IMG/VR virus record: IMGVR_UViG_3300045988_135095
DNA from: a virus
Direction: 5' to 3' (one strand)
DNA: 64,000 nt
Shown here one piece after another: positions 52,277 through 59,847 of this stretch (position 1 is the stretch's first letter; each line of letters opens with the position of its first letter). A program made the translations under genes and the position numbers. The notes beneath the pieces were generated by a model. That model was not told the origin of the DNA, searched no databases, and saw nothing but the letters and a program-made list of their open reading frames with translations.

Positions 52277-52912
52277 TTAATCCTCAATTTCTATTGTTTC
52301 CATATTTCCGCAATATGGGCAAACGACCTTCATATAATGTGAACCGTCCTCGCGCTCTTTGAGAACGAACAAATCCTTGGCAGGGTCCTCCTCCTCATCA
52401 TCTGAAGAAGCTTCCTCGCTTTCGCCAGCCTCTTCATTGGATGGAGCCTCGAAGTTCTCCTCATCAACCTGAGAATAGTCATCCTGGAAGCCACCATACT
52501 CTTCTGCCTGCTGATTGATGCTGTCGAGGGAGAAGTTGAGCATCTGGTTGATATCCTCAAAGAAGAATGCCTGCATATCGGTAGGAACCTCCATGTTGCG
52601 CAATTCCTCCAAAAGCTGGTCTTCATCAAAGGAAGATTTCTCTGCCAGCTTGTTATCGAGGATGCGGTACTTCTTTGCCATTTCGTCGTCCATATCCGAG
52701 TAAACGACAGGAACGAACTCCATACCCAACTGGTAAGCGGCCACGTATCTTGTGTGACCGGCAATGATTACACCTGCCTTATCAACGAGGATAGGCTTAA
52801 CGAATCCAAAACGCTTGATACTCTCCTTCGTAGGCTCAACCGCATTCGTGTTGTCACGAGGGTTGTCATAGTAAGGAAAGATTTCACTGAGCTTAACTGA
52901 CTTTACTTTCAT
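52277..52912 (-). CDS. ParB/Srx-fold protein 3 with acidic linker and C-terminal zinc ribbon
   Basis: 211 aa. ..VIIAGHTRYVAAYQLG.., an acidic tract SEEASSDDEEED, and a C-terminal CPYCG. Confidence 0.7.
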   Translation of the reverse strand: MKVKSVKLSEIFPYYDNPRDNTNAVEPTKESIKRFGFVKPILVDKAGVIIAGHTRYVAAYQLGMEFVPVVYSDMDDEMAKKYRILDNKLAEKSSFDEDQLLEELRNMEVPTDMQAFFFEDINQMLNFSLDSINQQAEEYGGFQDDYSQVDEENFEAPSNEEAGESEEASSDDEEEDPAKDLFVLKEREDGSHYMKVVCPYCGNMETIEIED

Positions 52913-53571
52913 TTCTTATCCTCCTTCTTCTTGGCTGTCTCTCTTGCTACGCGTCTCTCGTCGACAACCTTTTCGATAGCCGCATTATACTTATAGCTCT
53001 TGAAAATCTTGGCGAAACCGGTAACATACTTAAGTTTTACAAGCTCTTTCTGCTCCAGACCTACCTTTTCGCAAATCTCACGCTCAGATACACCATCTCT
53101 GAGCATATTGAAGACGATGTTTACCATTCCATCTACAGAGTGACTTCCACGGGCACGATTATGTCTTACGGTTGATGCCATACGCTGGTCGATGTCCTTG
53201 TCTAGAACTACGATAGGCAGCTTTCCGCCACATCGCTCATTGATGTCCGCAAACTTGCGAATAACGAGGTTTCTGTGGAAACCGTCGATGATTACATACT
53301 TCTGCAGCTTCTCGTCCCAAATGGTAACGATAGGCATAGTGTAACCGTCTTCCCTCACGGATGTATAGAGAAGACGCATTTCCTTATCTGCCACATGGTT
53401 AGGGTTGTAGTTGTTGGCTACAACCATATCCTTGTCAACCCAAAGCACGCAATCTACAGGGTTGACTTTCTCTGGAGATAAGGAACTGATATACTTTCTG
53501 AGGTCGTTCAAAAACTGCACCTTATCCTTGGCAGCATCAAACTCCTTCTTGATGTTCTCTTGAAGATTCAT
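52909..53571 (-). CDS. IbrB-like ParB/Srx-fold protein 2
   Basis: 220 aa. ..VIIDGFHRNLV.. and ..VRHNRARGSH.. It overlaps the PP-loop ATPase gene by 35 nt. Confidence 0.75.
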   Translation of the reverse strand: MNLQENIKKEFDAAKDKVQFLNDLRKYISSLSPEKVNPVDCVLWVDKDMVVANNYNPNHVADKEMRLLYTSVREDGYTMPIVTIWDEKLQKYVIIDGFHRNLVIRKFADINERCGGKLPIVVLDKDIDQRMASTVRHNRARGSHSVDGMVNIVFNMLRDGVSEREICEKVGLEQKELVKLKYVTGFAKIFKSYKYNAAIEKVVDERRVARETAKKKEDKK

Positions 53572-54730
53572 ATTCCTTATTAGCTTTTTCTATTTTAACA
53601 TAATTGTCGCTCAAATACTGACGCAAAGAACGCTCTACGCTCTGAATGCGCTTCATTCCGAAATCTTCCGCAATGACGCAGACAGCGCTGGTATAACCAA
53701 TCTGATGTATTACGTAATCAATACACTCCTGGCAATGCCCGGCTTTAGCTACATTCCTCTTCTTGGCAGAACGGTAGCCTTTCTTGATAGTCTCCGCATT
53801 CTTCTTGTCTTCACAAAGATTGTCTGCGAGATAATCAACGTATTCATCCCAATCCTTGAAATAAGGTGGCAAATTGTAGCAGTATGTTGCTATTTCGTTA
53901 AATACGTGTACAGACGTATTGACGTTTGCAACTCTTCGTACCAACTTGTCGTAGAACCATGGATCCACTTCCTTAATGAAACCTAAGTCGTGGATAGCCT
54001 GCTCATGGATGAGGGAACTTACTCGGCACGCTCTGAGTGGCTTCTGCGTGAACTGATAGTTATAAAGCTTACAGTACGGAAGCTTGTTGCTGAAGATGTA
54101 ATACCATACATCATAAACCTTCCAATCCCAAATAGGGTAGAGCACCAGACTTCTCGGTGTGCCGTCTTTATAATATCCGCCACCACCTCCCCACGTAATA
54201 CCTGGAAGGCACTCACCTCTAGTAAGACCCGACAATCGTGCCGGCGACTCCTCGATACGGACACCACCTAAAGTTAGGTAGTCTTTGCCGAAGAGCATTC
54301 TGTGTACCTGATCAAGGGTCTTGGAGAAATACTGATTGTGCGGAATCTCCAAATCACCATATGAATCTGGTTCCTTCTCACGAATCCACTTTTCTCCTGG
54401 CCCCCATACATTGAACCATTCTCCCTTTGAGGCATTCCATTCCTGGAAGTATGACTGAATCCAATACGGCTCAACCCACGGCAAGTGCATGATGTATCGT
54501 ATGTACTCGATAGTCATTGGAGTCTCTGCCTCTTGGTCTAGGAAGAGGACGGGAATCTTTTCAATTCCCATCTCCTTCATAACCTCGTGCGCAAGGTTGA
54601 GAACCACGGTAGAGTCCTTTCCTCCCGACATCGTCACGACAATCTTACGCTTACCATAAAACTCCCGAAAGATGTATCTGAATCTTTCAAGAGCTGCCTC
54701 ATAAACGTTTTTGTCACTGTAAAATATCAT
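53537..54730 (-). CDS. IbrA-like PAPS-reductase-family PP-loop ATPase
   Basis: 397 aa. PP-loop ..VVTMSGGKDSTVV.. plus a long C-terminal domain as in IbrA/DUF3440-type proteins. Confidence 0.85.
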   Translation of the reverse strand: MIFYSDKNVYEAALERFRYIFREFYGKRKIVVTMSGGKDSTVVLNLAHEVMKEMGIEKIPVLFLDQEAETPMTIEYIRYIMHLPWVEPYWIQSYFQEWNASKGEWFNVWGPGEKWIREKEPDSYGDLEIPHNQYFSKTLDQVHRMLFGKDYLTLGGVRIEESPARLSGLTRGECLPGITWGGGGGYYKDGTPRSLVLYPIWDWKVYDVWYYIFSNKLPYCKLYNYQFTQKPLRACRVSSLIHEQAIHDLGFIKEVDPWFYDKLVRRVANVNTSVHVFNEIATYCYNLPPYFKDWDEYVDYLADNLCEDKKNAETIKKGYRSAKKRNVAKAGHCQECIDYVIHQIGYTSAVCVIAEDFGMKRIQSVERSLRQYLSDNYVKIEKANKEYESSREHQEGV

Positions 54731-55182
54731 TTCTTTCTATTGTTTAATAATACCTTGTCGCTGGAATTACTGAAATGGGTGTCAAGGTAATTCTTAAGCC
54801 TACCCATCATTTCATTATTGTTGTGGCCGCGAGCGGCATTGTGCATGATTGTTGCATATCTCAACTTCTCTTCGTCGAAGTCAACGAAGCATACAGGAAC
54901 CATCTCATATCCGATGACGCAGGCGGCGCGGTATCTGTTCTCTCCGTCAACAATCTGCATCGTCGAGCGGTTGACAACGATAGGCTGAGTAAATCCGAAA
55001 TAGAGCAACGATTTGATGAGAAGGTCGAAGCTGTCTGCATCATGCGTGTTAGGGTTATAGTCATTCGGATAAATGTCATCAACCTTGACGTATTCAATAT
55101 GCAACGGCTTCACCTGCTCAACCTCGATATTGTCCTTTGCCAATTTCAAGGCTAGATTTTCCTTAGAGTTTTTTGTATTCAT
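54727..55182 (-). CDS. ParB/Srx-fold protein 1
   Basis: 151 aa. ..QIVDGENRYRAACVIG.. and ..MHNAARGHN.. Confidence 0.7.
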   Translation of the reverse strand: MNTKNSKENLALKLAKDNIEVEQVKPLHIEYVKVDDIYPNDYNPNTHDADSFDLLIKSLLYFGFTQPIVVNRSTMQIVDGENRYRAACVIGYEMVPVCFVDFDEEKLRYATIMHNAARGHNNNEMMGRLKNYLDTHFSNSSDKVLLNNRKK

Positions 55183-55897
55183 CGAGAAATTCCTTGTTTA
55201 CGATTTCCTTAACCCAATCCTTGCTTGACTTAGCCAAATAAGGATTCTTGAACTCACTCTCCCAATCTACAGACTCAACATCAAACTGGTTGTCGTAGGT
55301 CTTACTGTTTCTAGGAATGCCACCTACGGCGCCTGGATTGTTGAACGTGCTTCTGTATGCACCGAAATGCTGAACCAGACCGGGAACGATAGCGTAAAGG
55401 TCGATACCCTTTGCTTGAAGGTATGCCTTAAGGCGCGAATCATCATAACGTGTCTGATCATCCGTCATCTTGTTTGAAGTTTCAACAAAGTCCTTGGCTA
55501 GGTCATTTGGATATACGCTAGCCTGCAGCCAGAAATTAGTCTTTGTAGAAATAACGTGCTTGCCCTTTGCGTAACAATCAGTATAGTCACCATTTGTTGG
55601 ATTGTAGAAACTGATAACGTTGTTTTCGGGAGCAAAAGAGAGAATATGTAAAATCTTGGCAAGAATGTTGCGGTCAAAGGTAATGTCATCGTGAATAACC
55701 ATGCGATGGGTTCCTTCCGCTACCTCTTGCGTCAACGCTTGGGAATAATTGTCCCAAAGACCCTTACCTCGGTCCATAGAGATACTGACAGGAATGCCAT
55801 AAGGCTTCGTGCTAGTCTCTATCAACTTCTTAAGGTATTTGCCCTCACGTTCTCGCTTCGGAACGTTGAGGATGATAATCTGAGAGAGTTTAATCAT
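55163..55897 (-). CDS. GT-A-type glycosyltransferase-like protein (GT25-like N-terminus)
   Basis: 244 aa. ..IIILNVPKREREGKYLKKL.. resembles GT25 starts. ..VIHDDITF.. is a possible DxD motif. Weak assignment. Confidence 0.5.
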   Translation of the reverse strand: MIKLSQIIILNVPKREREGKYLKKLIETSTKPYGIPVSISMDRGKGLWDNYSQALTQEVAEGTHRMVIHDDITFDRNILAKILHILSFAPENNVISFYNPTNGDYTDCYAKGKHVISTKTNFWLQASVYPNDLAKDFVETSNKMTDDQTRYDDSRLKAYLQAKGIDLYAIVPGLVQHFGAYRSTFNNPGAVGGIPRNSKTYDNQFDVESVDWESEFKNPYLAKSSKDWVKEIVNKEFLDEYKKL

Positions 55898-55905
55898 ATG
55901 CGTAA

Positions 55906-56565
55906 TTATTTAGTTACTGTCCATTCTCCACCTCGCTTGGCAATCTTGCTGATGGCTACTGCCAAACGGTTTCTGTTCATATCGCTACCATAGAAAACCT
56001 TACCTGCGTCATAGGCTGCTTGGGCAACAAGTCCTTGACCCATGAAGAAGTCTGTGATAGAACTGAACGGAACATCCTTACAAATCTTGAACACCGCATC
56101 CCATTCATCCATACCCTGGAGCCCCCAGTCTTCTGCCTGCTTGGTGCCTTGGATAATCCAGCACTTGCAATCTGGCTTATGATAATAGGTGTTCTCGTAG
56201 ATTTTTACATGAGGAAACAGCGATTCTACCATAGGAACCAATTGGTTCTTGTTTCGATAGAAGCACTCGACGAATAGTCTGTCCGGGTTAATCTGCTCGA
56301 TGCACCTCTTGATGTGGGCAACGAACTCGTCAAAATTATCAACCGGGCATTGCTTCTCCGCCTTAGTATAATACGCTTTGAGGACGCCTTTACTTCCTGC
56401 CGGGTCGATGAATACGCAATCGGCATTCTTCGAAAACTCCGGAAGCCCCAAAGTAATATCGGCAATGGTAATCTTGCTACCATTGCCTAAACTGTAAATC
56501 TCGCCTTCTGTGATGGGGTATTTATCAATACTGCCATCATAACGCAAACCTTTCTGTGATGTCAT
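55906..56565 (-). CDS. Beta-class N6/N4-DNA-methyltransferase-fold protein with DPPY replaced by DPAG
   Basis: 219 aa from the ATG at 56565. The C-terminal SAM motif ..DFFMGQGLVAQAAYDAGKVFYGSDMNRNRLAVAISKI.. is present. The N-terminal motif IV position reads ..VFIDPAGSKG.. Confidence 0.6.
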   Translation of the reverse strand: MTSQKGLRYDGSIDKYPITEGEIYSLGNGSKITIADITLGLPEFSKNADCVFIDPAGSKGVLKAYYTKAEKQCPVDNFDEFVAHIKRCIEQINPDRLFVECFYRNKNQLVPMVESLFPHVKIYENTYYHKPDCKCWIIQGTKQAEDWGLQGMDEWDAVFKICKDVPFSSITDFFMGQGLVAQAAYDAGKVFYGSDMNRNRLAVAISKIAKRGGEWTVTK

Positions 56566-57104
56566 ACGCAATTTACTATTAAATAATTGTGATACTCTGA
56601 TACGTTTTCTTCACCAAAAAGACTGCACAAGACCTTCTTTGAATAGAAAAAATGTCTGAACTCCACATCACACTTCTCATAAGTGACCGGATGATATTTC
56701 TCCTTGTAGAACATCAAGAACTTGCGAGCCTTGCACTGCGATATTGCCAGAACGGCATAACGGGAAAGATAAGATGGGGAACCGAACAATGCTACGATAT
56801 TCTCGAAATTCCTGCAATCTAAACTCTTTCCGTCGAAAGGCTCACATACAACCCTATCCTTATAGGCTGGGTATTTGTTAGTGAACTGCTCCAACATTCC
56901 TTTACTAGGATCAATTCCTAGATATTCCTGTGGGTCGATTTTTGCAATCTCTGTCAGCAAGCCGGTACCACATCCGATGTCTAGGATTGAACCGCTGAGA
57001 GGTGGGAGCATTTGCCCCACCTCACGGTTCTCAACGAGACTCATTTCATCACGAAACAAAGTGTCGTACTTACTTGCTATTTTATCATACTGGGAATAAT
57101 TCAT
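56562..57104 (-). CDS. Class I SAM-dependent methyltransferase (small)
   Basis: 180 aa. Motif I ..ILDIGCGTGLL.. and post-I ..YLGIDPS.. Confidence 0.8.
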   Translation of the reverse strand: MNYSQYDKIASKYDTLFRDEMSLVENREVGQMLPPLSGSILDIGCGTGLLTEIAKIDPQEYLGIDPSKGMLEQFTNKYPAYKDRVVCEPFDGKSLDCRNFENIVALFGSPSYLSRYAVLAISQCKARKFLMFYKEKYHPVTYEKCDVEFRHFFYSKKVLCSLFGEENVSEYHNYLIVNCV

Positions 57105-57930
57105 TTTCTACTGTTGCCTGTTGCCAGGTGATTTTTTTACTTGAAATGGTTACGAAATTCTTGTGATTGTATATGTTACAATTCGGGAACATCGATTTCA
57201 ACTGCATTCTGTCATAGGTGAAATGGTGCATTTCCTCGAACTCTGCAGGGGTGTAGTCATCCTTGTAGAACATAAGGCAATAATCCAAACCACTCTCGCC
57301 CAGTTTGCGGAGATACTGAGGCATGAAGTAGGAAGCGGTACCGAAAAGAGCAACCACAACGCTGTCTGCCGACATCCATTTCTTTATCGCCTCCTCAAAA
57401 GAAATAGTAGAACATCTTCGGAAAAAACCAGAGGTCTTCTCCCTGAACTGCTTGATTGCTTTCTTGCTAGGATCAACTCCATAATACATTTCCGGCTTTA
57501 TCTTGGTGAAAGCGACGAAGTCTCCGTTTCCGATGCCTGCCTCGAAAAATCTTCTGTCCTTGAACGTGAACATGATAGATTTTGCCATCACGTCCATTTC
57601 CTGATTCGAATAGATTCGCGGTACCGGCCACTCCAGGAAGTCGAACTCGTTGAAAACCTTCTGTCTGTTCAAAATCCAAGTAGTCTCGAATGGGTCACCC
57701 ATCGTCCAATACTTGTAACCATCAATGTAAAGGTAAGGGAAATTATACTTCCCCCATCTTTCATGGACTCCATTGTCTCGCTGTGCGCTGACGAAGTAAT
57801 AGAACTCGTCGTTTGTCAATGCGCACTTGTCTCTGTGAATGTACTCATGAGGAACGTCTATCATTGAAGTGGCCCATTGCCACTTACAACGCTTGATGAA
57901 CTCTCTGAGCTTACTGTAATCGTATTCCAT
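57085..57930 (-). CDS. Two-domain protein: N-terminal phage domain (..WQWATSM..PHEY..) + degenerate SAM-MTase paralogue
   Basis: 281 aa. The C-half parallels the 180-aa MTase: FFEAGIGNGDF / ILDIGCGTGLL, YYGVDPSKKAIKQF / YLGIDPSKGMLEQF, VVALFGTASYF / IVALFGSPSYL. Confidence 0.6.
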   Translation of the reverse strand: MEYDYSKLREFIKRCKWQWATSMIDVPHEYIHRDKCALTNDEFYYFVSAQRDNGVHERWGKYNFPYLYIDGYKYWTMGDPFETTWILNRQKVFNEFDFLEWPVPRIYSNQEMDVMAKSIMFTFKDRRFFEAGIGNGDFVAFTKIKPEMYYGVDPSKKAIKQFREKTSGFFRRCSTISFEEAIKKWMSADSVVVALFGTASYFMPQYLRKLGESGLDYCLMFYKDDYTPAEFEEMHHFTYDRMQLKSMFPNCNIYNHKNFVTISSKKITWQQATVENELFPV

Positions 57931-57935
57931 CGCTG

Positions 57936-57967
57936 CAAATTTAATAAAATATTTAATGATTAAATAT
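57936..57967 (-). promoter_or_regulatory. Late-type promoter abutting the modification/terminase operon
   Basis: The minus strand reads TAAATTTGCAGCG-ATG; the -7 box (plus 57936-57943) is only 5 nt from the start codon. The 19-bp palindrome ATATTTAATGATTAAATAT lies at 57949-57967. Confidence 0.5.
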
Positions 57968-58022
57968 CTAAAATCTAAAATTAACTATATTTTAACATAA
58001 AATTGTGCATATATGCGGCTTG

Positions 58023-58128
58023 GATAGTCAAAAACACCGCAAAATAGGCTCTTCTCATACGCAAAGGTACGAAAAAATCTCGATATATGCAAATATATCA
58101 AACGGAAATTTTAGCCAAAAATACTAAA
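58023..58128 (-). promoter_or_regulatory. Promoter cassette, copy 4 (no conserved leader)
   Basis: -7 boxes TATATTTG (plus 58090-58097) and TACCTTTG (plus 58062-58069), flanked by the GATAGTCAAAAA and AAAAATACTAAAAA blocks. Confidence 0.6.
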
Positions 58129-58130
58129 AA

Positions 58131-59402
58131 TTACGCCGTTCTACTAGCCCTGTTTGGGAGCCTGGATTCTATCTGCCACAGATTATCTTTGATAAGCTTC
58201 AGAATGGTATCGTGAAAAGCGGAATTGATGTTTCCGTGGCCCTGGCATTGAACAACGGTAACATCGGCTAAGTTTACCTCGATTGTCTCCATACGCTGCC
58301 CGTTTACCTTGGCAGAAAGTATGAGGCAGTTCGGCTTTCTGTTCACATCGTAATAACGATTCCTAAATACACAGTGCCCCATTTCCTTGCCCTCTTCAAA
58401 GAACTCCTGGACGGACTTAAGAACCTGTATGTCTATGGCGCCATCCTTTATGTCAATGTCAAAGAACTGCTTTCTTCTGTCAACATATACATTAGCCATT
58501 GCTTCTGCCTTTTTCTTATTCTCCTCTTCGGCTTTAGCAGCTTGCTCCAGATATCTGAGTTGCATTTTCTCTTCCGCAATCAGACGCAGCTTAGTCATTC
58601 TGTCCTCCATTTTCTTTTTCTTGTTGTCTGCTGCCTTTAGCCACTTGTCGTGCGCCTCACGAAGATTCTCCGGGCAAACTATAGAAGGGTTACGTACATC
58701 TTTCTTAAGATACATAATACTGTCGAGCATATCCCACCACAAGCTATCGTAAATATAAGAAGCCTTTCCGTGTCTGACAACAATCTTGACGGCAGACATT
58801 TTTTCTCTGTCGAAGACAGCTTCATGGTACTTACACACCTTCCACATATCAATATCACGTCTCATGAGAGTTTCATTGTATGGGTTAGCATTGACGGAAC
58901 GGAAGATTTCGTCACACAGAATCTTTTCCCCGAAGTCTCTGAGAGCATATTTATACTTGCCTTGGACTGAAGCGTAATATACTCCATCGAATCCAATATC
59001 ACGAGGATCACCCAAGAAACTCCATACAGTATGCGTTCTTACTTCCAACTTTCCGAAAGCAGAAAAAGCATCTTCTATATATCCGCTGGTTCGCTGCCTG
59101 GCAAGGAAAACATATTCCCCATCTTTCAACCATTGCTGCATACACTCCTTGAAGTAAATCTTCTCCTTAATCATCTTGTGGAACCGGAACTTCGCTCTTA
59201 CCTGAAAGTATCTGAGGACCTGCCATCCCTTGAATGTGCATACTAGATAGAAACACCCTCTTGAAAATCTGTCACCATACTTGTAGGCATCATCTTCAGA
59301 GATGCAAGTCTTGATGGCCCACTCACGCTGTTTGTCTGATAACTCCGGAATTCTGTCCGAGAGTTTTACAACTTTACGTTCTGTCTTATTTCTTGGCTTC
59401 AT
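58131..59402 (-). CDS. PcfJ-like protein
   Basis: 423 aa. The C-terminal ..EEGKEMGHCVFRNRYY.. motif and the pairing with a PcfK-like gene match Bacteroidota mobile elements. Confidence 0.65.
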   Translation of the reverse strand: MKPRNKTERKVVKLSDRIPELSDKQREWAIKTCISEDDAYKYGDRFSRGCFYLVCTFKGWQVLRYFQVRAKFRFHKMIKEKIYFKECMQQWLKDGEYVFLARQRTSGYIEDAFSAFGKLEVRTHTVWSFLGDPRDIGFDGVYYASVQGKYKYALRDFGEKILCDEIFRSVNANPYNETLMRRDIDMWKVCKYHEAVFDREKMSAVKIVVRHGKASYIYDSLWWDMLDSIMYLKKDVRNPSIVCPENLREAHDKWLKAADNKKKKMEDRMTKLRLIAEEKMQLRYLEQAAKAEEENKKKAEAMANVYVDRRKQFFDIDIKDGAIDIQVLKSVQEFFEEGKEMGHCVFRNRYYDVNRKPNCLILSAKVNGQRMETIEVNLADVTVVQCQGHGNINSAFHDTILKLIKDNLWQIESRLPNRASRTA

Positions 59403-59412
59403 AACTCACATA

Positions 59413-59847
59413 TTAAAAATCAAACAAACTCAACTGACCAATCTCAGCATCTTTCTTTCTCTGAGCCTCGGCTTTCTTCTTCAAGCGCTCCTTCTCAGCG
59501 GACTCCTTCTTCTGGAGTTCGATGATTTTGGCTTGCTTGAATTCCTCCTCAGCCTTCTTCTCCAGATTCTCCTTGGTCTGGTCTGAGAGATTTGTAACAA
59601 TGGTGCAATTCTGATTCTTGGTGAATGAAACTTCTTCTTCATTATAATAGTGAATTGCAATTCCATAAATCTCATCATCGTCAAACCCCTGTCTTCCGGA
59701 TTTCTTGACCTCTGAGATAATAAAGTCGCAGCAGTCATCGATATTCTTGCCAGGCTTGGCGTAATCCTTTGCGAACAATTCATCCTCTGCTGCACGCTTG
59801 TCAAGATATGCCTTGATTATCTTCTTGAATGTTTCTGATCCTTTCAT
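59413..59847 (-). CDS. PcfK-like protein (family that includes AcrIIA9-type anti-CRISPRs)
   Basis: 144 aa. N-terminus MKGSETFKKIIKAYLDKRAAEDELFAKDYAKPGKNIDDC. ..DDEIYGIAIHYYNEEE.. C-terminus ..QLSLFDF. Confidence 0.7.
   Translation of the reverse strand: MKGSETFKKIIKAYLDKRAAEDELFAKDYAKPGKNIDDCCDFIISEVKKSGRQGFDDDEIYGIAIHYYNEEEVSFTKNQNCTIVTNLSDQTKENLEKKAEEEFKQAKIIELQKKESAEKERLKKKAEAQRKKDAEIGQLSLFDF

Noticed and set aside
52330-52764. 144-aa alternative-frame ORF within the ParB-fold gene, and 51788-52021 and 54019-54474 within neighbouring genes
   Set aside because: They overlap frames that carry recognisable ParB or PP-loop motifs. Their composition (R/S/T-rich) is typical of off-frame translation.
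57163-57867. 234-aa plus-strand ORF
   Set aside because: It is antisense to the 281-aa MTase-like gene, which has a clear paralogue next door. It has no independent signals.
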